64,000 nt of DNA from Mantamonas sphyraenae STR306 (lineage: Eukaryota; Protista; CRuMs): NCBI GenBank assembly GCA_026936335.1, contig JAPMXV010000015.1:280481-344480 (forward strand). Direction: 5' to 3'. Positions 34,732 to 47,069 of the stretch are shown here, one piece after another. Made by a program: the position numbers and the translations under genes. Under the pieces are notes generated by a model that had not been told where the DNA came from, ran no database searches, and saw only the letters and a program-made list of their open reading frames with translations. Numbering within the stretch: the first letter of the stretch is position 1; each line of letters opens with the position of its first letter.

Positions 34732-36726
34732 TCAGCGTTCGGATTTGGTGCGGAACAAGGTCTCGTCGTCACCAAACTCGACCGTGCGGGTTTCGGCGTC
34801 GTAGTTGGTGGTGCCGTTTAGGATGCAGTCGACAGCGTGCTCGAGGTTCCAGAAGATGCGGATGGTGTCATGGGAGCGGACTTCGATGGCAATGCCGAAG
34901 GAGGGGCTCTGCTTTCGCTGGGTGAGTGTCTTTTTGGTTGTCTCGCGGCTTTCCGCTTCCTTGGCACTGAGGATGACAGCCTGCTCACCACCGACGAGGA
35001 GATTGACCTCTGGGTTGTGCACGACGTCTTCGAGGGTGCTGCCGTGGACAGAGGCGTAGAGGGTGATGCCACGGTGAGAGATGGATTGCGCGGCGTGGCA
35101 TTCGTCCTTGTTCCCAATCTCATCGATGATGAGCGTGTTGATGGAATGGTTCTCCACAGCCTGAATCATGATGTGGTGTTGCTTCTTGCCACGTGGGACT
35201 GCCATGCAGCGGGAGCGGCCGACGCTACGGTGAGGTCGCCTCCCAGCACCACAGATCTCGCTGCTGCTGTCCACAATGACCACACGGCGGTTCTGGGAGG
35301 CATAGCGGGCAATTGCACGCAGGAATGTGGTCTTTCCCACACCGGGTGGACCGATGAGGAGCACGGATTGCATGCTGTCGACGACATCAAGCATGGCCAG
35401 GATGCTGTGGCTGCGTGCCTTGCCAATGCGGCAAGTGAGGCCTCGCACTGCGTTGTAGGTGTCACGGATGGCAGCAATGCGGTGGAGGCTGTCGGCGAGG
35501 GTGACGCGCTCACGATGATCAAAGTCGCGTTCGGAGGTGAGCTGCGCCACAACCTCGTTGAGCATCTCCTCTGTGACCTCGATCTCGTCCAGGTATACCG
35601 TTTGGCGTCCTTCCAGGTAGATGGTGACAGGGTGTCCGACATCGAGGAGGACGTCTGTGATGGAGGGCTCGCGTCCGTCCATGTGGTCGAGGAAGCCCAC
35701 GTTCTCGTCAAGGAGCTCGAGAAAGTCTGTGAGTTCGGTGTGGACAAGCTCAGGGTCGTCCATGAACTCGGCGTCGATCTGCTGCCAGTCCGAGGTGGTT
35801 GTGGATGGGGTGTGGGGTTTGGAGATGAGTTCATCGCGGAGGTACATGGAGGAGGAGGATGAGGAGGATGAGGAGGATGAGGATGAGGATGAGGAGGAGG
35901 TGTTGGGGGTCAGCAGGGAGTAGAGCTTGAGCAGAGGGGCCACGTCGTGGGCCGCGTAAAGCTGGAGCTGCGGGGAGAGAGGGGGAGAAGCCCAGTTGTG
36001 CGTGATGTTGTCCTTCTCAGGATTGACGGGTAGGTTGTACCACTGGAGGACCTTGTTGAAGCCGGCCCTGGCAATGCCCGTGGTTTCTTGAAATGCAACC
36101 TGCGTGTCAAACACGTTCTGGAGGTTGATCTCGTTCTTTTGCAACCACAACCCATCCTGGCGCGGGTCGTGAAAGACCTTTGTGATCTCAGGGTCTTCAA
36201 GGATGTCCTTGACGAAGGAGGTGCAGATGGACTCCAGAGTGGCGACGAAGAAAATGAAGATCTTTTCCTCGATGTTCATCTGAATCACGCAGAGGCGGTT
36301 CTTGTTCTTGGATGTGGACCACTCGCAGTCACATCCAACGACGGTTGGCTTGTGAGACAAGGCACGGTACGTGGACTCGGCCTGTTGGAGAGCGTCCTTG
36401 GTGGCAACGTACGTCCACTTGAGGGCAGATGCAGTCGGCTTGGTTCCGGATGCAGTCAGGGGTTTCTTGGAAGAAGAAGAGCTGGTGTTGAACGCACCCT
36501 TGTAGACGATTGTTTTGTGGGCCTTCACATGGAGAAGGTGTTGTTCATGCGCAAAGTGGTAGAGGAGAGCGCTCACGCCTGAGAAGCCCGGCAAGATTGT
36601 CGTGGTGATGAGGGTCTCGAGGTCCTCTCGGGACGTGGGACGAACGTCAGGGTGTTCCATCATCCACTGGTAGAATGTGATGTACTTTGTCTTGTTGCTT
36701 CCCGCAGTGGCGAATGAGATGGACAT
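34732..36726 (-). CDS. DnaQ-like 3'-5' exonuclease (EXD1/Egalitarian/RNase D type) fused to a Ycf45/SpoIIIAA-like P-loop ATPase
   Basis: Exo I VVGCDCEW, Exo II KVFHDPRQD, VFDTQVA and Exo III YAAHDV (DEDDy). After a poly-Ser linker come LHRIAAIR..GLTCRIG, Walker A GPPGVGKTT, VVIVDSSSEI, MIQAVENH, Walker B LIIDEIG and ASVHG..LVGG, the Ycf45 motif series. Confidence 0.88.
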   Translation of the reverse strand: MSISFATAGSNKTKYITFYQWMMEHPDVRPTSREDLETLITTTILPGFSGVSALLYHFAHEQHLLHVKAHKTIVYKGAFNTSSSSSKKPLTASGTKPTASALKWTYVATKDALQQAESTYRALSHKPTVVGCDCEWSTSKNKNRLCVIQMNIEEKIFIFFVATLESICTSFVKDILEDPEITKVFHDPRQDGLWLQKNEINLQNVFDTQVAFQETTGIARAGFNKVLQWYNLPVNPEKDNITHNWASPPLSPQLQLYAAHDVAPLLKLYSLLTPNTSSSSSSSSSSSSSSSSSMYLRDELISKPHTPSTTTSDWQQIDAEFMDDPELVHTELTDFLELLDENVGFLDHMDGREPSITDVLLDVGHPVTIYLEGRQTVYLDEIEVTEEMLNEVVAQLTSERDFDHRERVTLADSLHRIAAIRDTYNAVRGLTCRIGKARSHSILAMLDVVDSMQSVLLIGPPGVGKTTFLRAIARYASQNRRVVIVDSSSEICGAGRRPHRSVGRSRCMAVPRGKKQHHIMIQAVENHSINTLIIDEIGNKDECHAAQSISHRGITLYASVHGSTLEDVVHNPEVNLLVGGEQAVILSAKEAESRETTKKTLTQRKQSPSFGIAIEVRSHDTIRIFWNLEHAVDCILNGTTNYDAETRTVEFGDDETLFRTKSER

Positions 36727-37252
36727 GGTGGCGAAACGATTCCGCGGTGGTGATGCTTTGGTTTGGATGGGTCAAAAGGCGCACGGCAGAACCATCCGTT
36801 GTTAACCTCCAGATGCAGTCATGCAGGGCCCTGGGTGTGGGGCGGGGTAGGGATTGGGGAGTGGGTCCGCCTTCAGCATCCCGGGCGAGGTTTGGTCGGA
36901 TGATGAGGGTTCTGTGGCATTCCTGGAAGGTTGGCATTGCAGTGGATCCATGTTTGGACGGGCTGGTGGGTGGTCATGTGCAGGGGGCCACGACGGCGTT
37001 TGGAACGTCTCCGGACGCCTGGTCAAAGCTTCCCCAACTCTCGCTCACAAATTGCACGGGGAGACCACGAGCATGCGAATAGGCGTGGGGTGCTCTGTGA
37101 GGGATGGTGGTCCCCGGGGGAATGTTGCTTGTCTGAGTGTGCTCTAGATGTGTGTTTGCGGAAGCTTCTGGGACGCGAGCGGGCTTCTTTTTGCGTTTCG
37201 AAGGAAACGTCCAACTGCTCGCAGGCGCCCAAAACATCTGTCCCCGGGTCGC

Positions 37253-40200
37253 ATGGAGATGCAGAGGATATCCAGGGCGGGACTTTTGCTTGTAAGTGCA
37301 TTGCGGGGCACGGGATGTGCGGATGAGAGTGAGCTTGACGTCCGTGGGGCGAAACGCTGAAACGTCACCAAATGCCGCGCCGACAAGTTGCAGGTTTTCG
37401 TGCTGCTGGTGGCCATCCAAAGCGTGCCAGCACGCGCAAGCAGTGCAACAGATAGCCATTGGACCCAACAGTACACAGGGACAGAAACCAGTGGATTGGC
37501 GTTCACAACAACAGGTTTGCTGCACTCAAGTATTTCGCTTTCCGGATCCAGTTCGAAATTCACAACATTCGTTGCGAACGGAAGCATGTCGAACAGCATC
37601 ACGGCGACATATGCCCACCCAAACATTCGATGGAGCAACAGTGATTCGAGGATAGCCAGCAGTGGACAGAGTGGCTCCAACGCAGAGGTGGGCAAGCGCA
37701 CGGCGAGTTTAGCGGAGGCGTTCCGCGCAACTTGGCTTTCCAACAGCGGCATCACGGCACGAAGCTTGGCTGTGGCGTCGAACGGGGACATGTTTGTGTG
37801 CGGCTCGTCTTCCAACACTGTGGATGGGCAAAGCAACTCGGGGAGCACGGACATGTTTGTGGCACGCGTCAACGGCGGAACGGGAGCGCGGACCTGGTTC
37901 AGGCAATGGGGTGGTCTGGGGACAGACCACGGCATGGGGGTGGCAGTCGACTCGGACAACAATGTGTACGTTGCCGGATATACCGGCACATGGCTGACCG
38001 GAGTGACACAGGCTGCGTTGATGAAGTATGGGCCGACGGGCACGCAGGCCTGGACCCGCGAGTGGGGCCCCGGTGGGAACGATTATGCGTATGGAGTGCA
38101 CGTGAATGGCACCCAAGTGTTTGTGGTGGGTGCGACAAACGGCGACATGGACGGAGAGACAAACCCAGGCGGCACCACAGCGTTTGTGGCTGTGTACAGC
38201 ACCGCCGGCGTCAAGAGCTGGACCCGTCTGGTGGGCTCGTCTTCCACAGACGTGGCATACACAGTGTGCACTGTGGCAGATGGATTGCTGGTGGCAGGCA
38301 CGACGACTGGATCGTTTGCGCCGTTTGCAAACAACGGGGGAGCCGATGTCTTTTTGGCCGAGCTCAGCACACAAGGCAGCACTGTGAATGTGCGCCAATG
38401 GGGAACGGCGTCTGCAGAAACGGTGCTGGACATGAGCTGTTCCAGCGACACGCGTGTGGCTGTGGGTGGCAAGACGGATGGAGCATTTGCCGGGCAGACA
38501 AACGACGGCACCAAAGACGCGTACGTGAGCGTGGTCAAGGCCCAGTGTCGCGCAGGAAGCAGTGGGTATCTGTGTGAACCGTGCGCAGCTGGCTCATGGA
38601 GTTCCAGTGGCGCAGTGACAGCATGCACACTGTGTGCAGCCGGCAAGTTTGGGAATGTCAGCGAGGCGACAAGCTCAGACCAATGCTTCTCGTGTCCAGG
38701 AAACACGTTTTCATCAGCCGCAGGGGCGTCGACATGCATAGCATGTGATGCAGGCAACAAGACAACGGGCACGGGGTGTGAGGTCGACGTCAACGTGGCC
38801 ACGCCGTCTGCGTGTGCCGTTGTGGGGGCCTCGGGGTCGATTGGTCGCGCAGACGGAGTGCTGCGGACATTCACCGTTCAGGCTCGCAATGGCAATGGCG
38901 CAAACTTGACCCACGCAGACGCCGTGTTTACAGCGTCGCTGGTGCACGGCGGCAGTGGAGAGGCAGTGCCTGTGGCATTTGTCGTGTTGGACGCTGCGCA
39001 AGGGCTGGAGCAAGGCCAGTTTAATGCCACACGTGCCGGTGGGTATTCTTTGCAAGTGCGCGTGGATGGGAATGATGTGGGGGGTGCACAGTCTCTCAGT
39101 TTGCTGCCTGGCGTGGTGAAAGCAGCACGCACGATCTCGAGCGGTGGCGGATTGAGCTCTGCCGTGGCAGGTGCGGGTGCTGTGTTTCATCTGCGCACGA
39201 TGGATGTGTATGGCAACAATCTCACGGATTCAAGTGTGGGATTGAGCATGAGCATGCACGGTGCCGGCGTCGGGGCGAGTGTGCCCCTCGGCGTCGTGGC
39301 TGGCGCATGGCCCGGGTTGTTTGATGTCAGCTACAACGCCACCGTGAGTGGTACGTACACTCTGAGTGTAGATATTGGGGGTACGGGTGTTCCCGGCTCG
39401 CCCTTTGGCGTTTCTGTGGCGACGGCTCCGGAGGATGTGAACAATGCGGTGGTGGCGGGTGTGCAGGATGTGGTTGCTGGCGACGGTGGCGTGTTTACAG
39501 TGCAACAGAGAGATGCGTTTGGGAACAATGTGACATCGGGTGGTGTGTTGGCTGTGGGGCTGGGTGGAGTGGTGGAAGCGCTGGGTGGAGGCTTGTCGCA
39601 GGTGCGGTACAACCTGACCGTGAGCGGAGTGTACGAGCTCCCTGTACAGATTGGCGGAGTGCACGTGCTTGGATCTCCTTTTACGGTGAATGTGGCGACG
39701 GCAGTGGAGGATGTGGGAAACACGGTGGTGGTTGGTGTGCAGGATGTGGTTGCTGGTGCCGGTGGCGTGTTTACCGTGCAGCGCAGAGATGCGTTTGGGA
39801 ACAATGTGACAACGGGTGGCGTGTTGGCTGTGGGGCTGGGTGGAGTGGTGGACGCGCTGGGTGGAGGGCTGTCGCAGGTGCGGTACAACCTGACCGTGAG
39901 CGGAGTGTATGAGCTCCCTGTACAGATTGGCGGAGTGCATGTGCCTGGATCCCCATTCTCTGTCACAGTGTCACCTAATAGTGACTCTGTGAGCAATGCG
40001 GTGGTGGCGGGCGTGCAGGATGTGATTGCCGGCGCCGGTGGCGTGTTTACAGTTCAGCGCAGGGATGCGTTTGGAAACAACGTGACCACTGGTGAAGCGC
40101 TCACGGTGGGATTGGATGGTGTGGTGGAAGCACTTGGAGACGGGCTGTCTCGTGTGCGGTACAACGTGACGGTGAGCGGAGTGTATGCGCTGCAGGTGCA

Positions 40201-43200
40201 GATTGGAGGTGTCCACACGCCTGGATCGCCATTTTCCGTGGCTGTTGCTCCGGCAATCGAGGCCGTGGGCAACGCAGTGGTGGTCGGTGTGCAGGATATG
40301 GTGGCTGGTGCTGGTGGAGCGTACACCGTGCAGCAGCGAGACGCGTTTGGAAACAATGTGACAACGGGTGGCGTGTTGACTGTCGGTCTCAACGGAACGG
40401 TGACCGCACTGGGGTCTGGGTTGTCGCATGTGCGTTTCAACCTCACAGTGGTCGGCATGTATGACCTGCCAGTGCGTATTGGTGGTGTTCACGTGCCGGG
40501 ATCGCCGTTTCCGGTCGCCGTGACCGCCGCACCAGCCAATGCGGATGTCTCCAGGCTTGTTTCGACCCCTGCTGCCATTATTGCAGCTGGTACACCCACT
40601 TCTGCAGAGGTGCTTGTGCAGGATGCGTTTGGCAACAACCGCAGTGCGGGCGTGGATCTGGGATTGCTCAGCGGCGACCTGCCCATGCACTTTGTGGCCG
40701 TGTCTGGTAGTGTGTATGCGGGAGCGCTCAACGTGACGTTGGCAGGCGCATACGCAGTTGGTGTGCGTCTGGGGGCGTCGCATGTGTCGGGATCGCCCTT
40801 TGCGTTGCAGGTGACGCACAACGTGGTTGCGCGTGCCGCTGTGTCTCCAGTTGCGCAGACTGTGCAAGCAGGGACCAATGGCACGTGGGAGTTGGAAGTG
40901 CAGGATGTGTATGGCAACAATGTCACAGACGCACTGGCCGTGGAGGCATGGCTTCAACGCGAGGACGTGCGTGTCAATGTGACGATCACCAGCAATCACC
41001 CATACGTGCTTGCGTTCAATGCCACCGTGAGTGGATCGTACACTCTGATGGTGCGCACGGGTGGCAACACGACCGTGTCGACTGGCGAGCTGACGGTGGT
41101 GCCGGGTCCGGCTGTGGCTTCGCAGACACTGCTGCGCAACACCTCGGCCGTTCAGGACCAGGAAATCCCACCCGAAGGCGTATCACGTGTGTTTGAAGTG
41201 CAGGCACGAGATCGGTTTGGCAACGGTGTGCCGTCGGCTGTGGTCGAGGGCTGGCTCAGCGGCGCAGCCATCTCGGACACACAGGTGACGTTTAGCAACG
41301 CGTCCTCAGCCGCAGTGTTTCGTGCACGCGTGGATATAGTGGCCTTTGGCACCTTTGTGATGAATGTGACTGTTGACGGCGTGGCTGTGCCGGGCAGTCC
41401 GTTTGCCTTTCTCCTGAAGCCGGGCGATCCTGTGCTGCAACGTGTAGAACCCAACGTGGCGCCCATTGGCGGAGGCATTACGCTGGATATCATTGGACGC
41501 TTCTTCATTGTGGGTTCGCAGGTTGTGATGAGCCGTGGGGAGGGGGCGAATGAGACACAGGCCACGGGATGCACGGTGGTGGCGGAGGATCTGATCCGCT
41601 GCACGGCGCCTGCATCGCCGCACACATCCACGTACGCGACCACACTGCGCGTGCTGTTCAACAGTGGCAGCAACGAGACACAGGCGATCCCGTTTACGTT
41701 TTACAAGCCGGGGCCGCTGGTGAACGAGGCGCGCAGTGGGCCGGCGAGCGGCGGAGGCACGCGACTGGCTGTGCGTGGCCAGGAGCTGCCGCTGGGCGCC
41801 AACAAGATCACGTGTGTGTACAACGTGTCGTCTGGGGCCACGTGGACGGGAACAGGCAGCGTGGTGAACAGCACGGTGCTGGAATGTGTGACGCCCACAT
41901 TTGGTGGCGTGGTTCGCTCGGGCATCCGTTTGTACGTGTCTCTGGATGGCCAGGTGTTTGTGGCGCAGCCTGCGACGCTGACGACGTATGCCATGAGTGT
42001 GACAAGCTTTGCGCCTGCGTTTGTGCCCAAGTGGAAGTCTGTGCGCGTGCGTGTGCAAGGAACTGGGCTGCAGACATTGCCCGAGCTTGCACGTTGGCAA
42101 TTCGTGGCCGCTGGACCCAGTGGGCAGACTCTGGAGCTGCGCAAGGCACTACCGAGCAACGGAAGCAGTGTGGTGGAGCTGGATCTGCCTTCGTTTGACA
42201 GCATGACAGCGTTTGCGGCGGGGACGGTGCGTCAACTGAGCATCCGTGTGGCGCCGAACGGCGAGCAGTTTCTGGCGGACACTCTGGTGGCACAGCTGTA
42301 CCAGGAGCACGGCGTATCCAGTGTGTCTCCGAGTGCCATGGCCAACAACGTGGATGGGCTGACGGTGGATCTGGCGCCTGCTGCGGGCCAGCTGTTTGTG
42401 GACACTCTCGGCGCAGCACGCGTGAGCGTGGCCCCGCGCAACTTGACACTGAACGCGACGTTTGTGAGCACCAGTGTGCTGCGTGTGACGATGCCTGCAC
42501 TGAATGCAAGCGATGGCACGTCGCTTGCGCTGCGCGTGGCGCTGAACGGCGAAGAGTACACGCCGGCCAACGTGAGCATGAGCGTGTTCCGCCTGGACAC
42601 AGCTCGTCCCACGTGGGGACCACTGAGTGGCAACACTCTGGTGACCATGCGTGGCGTGGGCTTTGTGCAGCCTGTGCCTGGTCAGGTGCTGTGTCGCTTC
42701 GGGAGCAGTCTCGCGGCTGTGTCGGCCACGATTGCCAGTGCCAGTGAGATTACATGCCGCACTCCGGATGTGGGCTTGCAAACAGGCAGCGAACAGGTTT
42801 TTGTGACGCTGAATGGGCAGCAGTTTGTGACGAGCGATGTTGCGGCGATGGCGTTTTCTGCGCCGCCAACATTCACGAGCATCGAGCCTGCACGGGTGGC
42901 GGAGAATCTTCCGCAGGATTTGATTCTTCACGGTACAGGATTTGTGAACGCGAGTGTGATTGTGGTGCGTGTGGACTCTGTGGCGATCTGATAGGCGAAC
43001 GTATGGATGCAACGCGCATCCGCGTGCCGCTGCCGAGCATTGCACAGGGAAGCTACGTGGTGCGACTGTCGCTGAACGATGGCGTGCAGTTTGTGACCAC
43101 GCAGTACACGCTGACAGTGGTGCGTCCTGTGCTGACGGCCATGCAGCCGTTGAGCGGCCCGGAGCAAGGCGGCACAGTGGTGACGCTGACTGGCACAGGC

Positions 43201-46200
43201 TTTGTGGCCCACCCCATCACAGGCAGGGTGCGTGTGTGTGTGGGCAACGCCACGGCAGATGTGATACCTCAGAGCGAGACGACGGTGGTTCTGTCGACGA
43301 TGGATCTGCGCAACCAAGTGCCCGAAAGCATGCCCCGCTCGCAGCTGGCCAAGCTGAGTGTGGACGTAAGCACGAATGTGGGTGGGAATGTCACGCAGAG
43401 TGGCACTTACTTTGAGGTGTACCGTGTGCCGGTGATGGACACGGTGGCGCCCACGTCGACGCGTGCGGCGGGTGGCAACACCCTCACGCTGACGGGCGAG
43501 TATGCGCAAACACGAGACGCCACACGTGTGCGTTTCAACGTCACAAGCCCAGGATTGCAGTGGCTGAGCGACCCCGTGGCAGCCATGGAGGGGACCACGG
43601 CCAACATGACCGTGGTGACGCCCACGTTGCCGATCGGCGCGCTGGAGACGGTGGACACAAGCTTGCTGGTGGCATTGAATGGGCAGAACTATGTGCGCAT
43701 GCCTCTTTCGTTGCTGTACTTTCAGAATGTGGCTGTGCAGCAGATCGGACGTGCGCTGGGGCCGACCAACATGGAGACGGAGGTGGCGTTGTTTGGCACC
43801 AACATGTTGGGGCTCCCCACGCTTACTGCGCGCTTTGGCGGGCAGGAAACACGCGAGTGCAGGGTGCTGACACGCACAGAGATGCGTTGTGTGACGCCCG
43901 CGTTGCCGGATGGGCTGCACACGGTTGAAATCGCCACCAACGGCGTCGATTTCACGTCGTGCAGCGGCGTACGATACAGCACGGCCAGTCCGCGTGTGCG
44001 CAGTGTCTCTCCACAGTCCGTGCCTGTGGTGGGCGGCACGGTGTTGACCATTGTGGGTGCGCAGCTGCTGAACAGCAGCGTGGGCAACTCGATGCTGCTG
44101 CGCCTGCGGTCCAACGAAACAGGCGCGGTTGTGCAGCAAGCAGTAGCATTGCGTGTGGATGACGATGGATCGCAGATGGAAGTGCAGATTGCTGCGTTGC
44201 CTTTGACGCTTGTGTCGTCGTCTGACGTGGAGCGTGTGCACCTGCTCTCCATGGCCGTGTCGACAGACTCTGGACGCACGTTTACCCCCGAGAAGCCAAT
44301 GGCGCTTCAGGTGTATTCGACGTCGGTGGTCAATGCCACGTGGCCGCAGGTGGCCAACGGCGCTGGTAGCACGGTGGTGTCTGTGCGCGGTGTGTTTGCC
44401 CAGCTGCGCGACACGCCGCAGGTGGAACTGCGAGACGGCGCAGGGTGGTCTGTGCGTGTGGCAGCCGAGCGCGTGGGCACATCCACCCTGCGTGTGGCTG
44501 TGCCAAAGTACGGAGGCACACTCGCACGGCCAGTGGTTGTCAAGATCTGGGTGGCCAACAACGGCCAGCAGCTGTATCCGACGTCGTCCAACCTGACGCT
44601 GCACGACACGGTGACCATTGCAAATCTTGATCCAGTTCGCAAGCAGCCTGGCGATGCGTTGGCAGTGACCATCCGAGGTGGTGGGTTTGTCGTTGGTGCG
44701 CCCGTTGTGCGCGTGCGCTTTGGCGACGAGGTGTTTACGCAGGTGCGTGTGGTGGATGAGGGTACACTGGTGGTGCAGACCCCTTCCACACAGGCACGTG
44801 GCACGTTTCCACCCGAAGTCTCGTTTGACGACGGGCAGACGTGGAAGGGAGAGCCAGAAGTCACCTTTACGGTGTTCCCTTTGCCCGTGGAGTGTCCCAC
44901 GGGCACTCGCGCGTACAAGAATGATGGACCGGAGTTTTTGTCGGACTGTGAGTGCTCGCCGGGCTTCTACCACCCGCAACGGGAGCGTGGCAAGGCATGC
45001 ACACCATGTCCGCCAAACGCAGTGTGCGACGGTCAGGGCGCGCTTCCGTTGGCGCTTCCAGGCTATTTCCCCACAGGCGAGGGCGCTGGATTCCAGTTTA
45101 CGCGCTGTGCAGTGGAAAGCGCTTGCTTGGGCGGGAACGGAACGAGATGCGGCGATGGATACCAGGGCCGCTTGTGTGGTCAGTGCACCGACGGATTCTA
45201 CAAGCTGGGTGACTCGTGCCAGCTTGCCAGGAGAACTCAAACCTGTTCATGGTACTTGCTGGCGGGTGTGTTTGTCTGTATCTGAGCTGGGTGCGTGGCG
45301 AAGCACGCCATGCACAGAAGCGGAGTGGACGCGTGGCGTCGCTGGCCCTGACCCATCTTCAGGTGATGGCCACCTTTGCCGACTTCCGTCTAAGCTGGCC
45401 CGACAATGTGCGCACTGTGTTTGGCTACTTTTCCGTGGTCAACTTCAACCTGGACGCCGCGGCGCCAGAGTGTTCGCTGCAGAAGGCGTGGACGTACGAG
45501 ACGCGCTTCTGGTTCACCATGGCACTGCCTCTGATTGTGCTGCTGGGCATTCTGGCCCGCGTGGCTTTGCAGGAGCTGCACCACCGCATGGTGGTCGCCT
45601 GGCAATCTCGCAAAGAACTGGCACCACCTGCAGAGGAGTTGCAGGACCTTACCGACGAGGCACTCGACGAAGAGGACGTGGAAGATGCCTCGCAGTATCA
45701 ACTGGCCCTGCTGATGGCGCGAGATAGCATCGCGGAGCTGCTGATGACCACAGAACCCGTAGGTGCGGAAACCATGCGCTACGTGGTCAACGAGGTTGTG
45801 TTCACCACCCTCATCCTGTACATTACACTGTGTTCACGCGTCCTGGAAGTGTTTGACTGCGTCGAAGTGCGTCCGGGTCTGGTGGTCATGACCAGCCTGC
45901 CGGACGAAGAGTGCTGGGTCGCCGGTGGCGTACACATGCAATTGGTCCCCGGCGCAGCTGTGTTTCTGCTTCTGTACGTGCTGGGCATTCCTGCCCTGGC
46001 CCTGGGCATCATGTCCCGCGGCCGGGACCTGGAGTACCGCATGTCCGCTGACTTTCAGCAGCGCTTCAGCACGCTGTTCAGCAGGTACCGCGGTCGCTTT
46101 TTCTACTACGAAGGCTTTGTGTTGCTGCGCAAGGCCTCTGTGGTGGGCATCAACCTGTACGCAGCGTCACTGCCCGTGTTGCAAGGTCTGCTTGGCCTGA

Positions 46201-47069
46201 TCGCTCTGGGAACGGCCACCGTGATGCAGTTCCGATTTCGTCCGTACCGCACCAGCCTGCAGAACAACATGGAGAGCATCCTGTTTGTACATTCGCTGTT
46301 GCTACTTGTTGCGGGGATCATGTTTGTCACCGAGGGGTTGAACGTGCGCGGACAGGAAGCATGGGCCAACGGAACCATGACAGTGGCCATCTCGGTGATG
46401 GTGGTGTGTGTGCTCTACGTCAGTCTGGACATCTACCAGAACATCGTGGGCTGGAAGCGCCGATGGTTGATTGAAGGACAGGAAAACGGCGACGAGTACG
46501 CAGTGCGTGGCGATCGCCTCATGCTGCTCTTTAGCCAAATTCTCGCTGCAGACCACCTGCCAGACGCACAGGCCATGGTGTTTGATCAGCTGGATCTGGA
46601 CAGGCTGGCAGCGCTGGAAAAGGCGCTGCAGCAGATCGTCAACACGCGCGGCCTTTCTTCACACAGGCGGCGCTTTTCCCAACGGTGGAAGCGCATGCGG
46701 GAAGTGTGTGACTTGAGCAACATGGATCAAGTCCTGGGCTTCTTGCTGGATCCGAGTGAGGTGGAGAGCAAGCCGAAGGTCGAGCTCGAGAAGCTACTCA
46801 CGGCGCTGGCAAAGCGAAAGGAGGGAAGCGCCGCACGTCGCATAGCAGGAGCCCTGGGCATGCATATGGTGCACAGCATCTCCAACACCGTCCACCCTCT
46901 CAACGGAGCAGACAAGAGCGAGGCAGAGCAGCAATTCGCAGATGAGGAGCGGCCCACACAACACAGAACCACTCTACAGGAACTGCCTGTTCTCGCCACA
47001 GTGTCTCCGTTCCATGGCGTGGTCATGGGAGACGCCCAGGACTCGGACGAGGAGGAAGAAGAGGAGTGA
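37253..47069 (+). CDS. Giant surface receptor-like protein C (about 3200 aa): signal peptide, SBBP propeller, Cys-rich, filamin-type Ig repeats, many IPT/TIG domains, Cys-rich, about 9-TM module; intron 37292-37393
   Basis: Splicing GTAAGT..TTGCAG gives the signal peptide MEMQRISRAGLLL-VFVLLVAIQSVPARA. ORFs 37388-42991, 42754-45285 and 45216-47069 join by single-base indels near 42985 and 45222. The TM module shares LA.THLQVMATFA.FRLSWP with A and B. Confidence 0.85.
39440..40540 (+). repeat. Four tandem 276-bp (92 aa) filamin-type Ig repeats
   Basis: The anchor gtgcagga recurs at 39461, 39737, 40013 and 40289. The unit contains FTVQ.RDAFGN..Y.L.V.IGGVHVPGSPF. Confidence 0.9.

Noticed and set aside
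1431-45225. Programmed frameshifting, insertional RNA editing or mass pseudogenisation suggested by frame breaks near 1432, 1730, 4835, 13017, 14420, 19010, 23590, 25717, 42985 and 45222
   Set aside because: Most breaks are a gain or loss of one base in a short G or C run or inside repeats. They share no slippery motif and hit essential genes (AP3M, Mps1) that have no other decay. The near-identical copy in gene B has the G that gene A lacks. Long-read consensus error is the simplest explanation; short-read polishing or cDNA would settle it.
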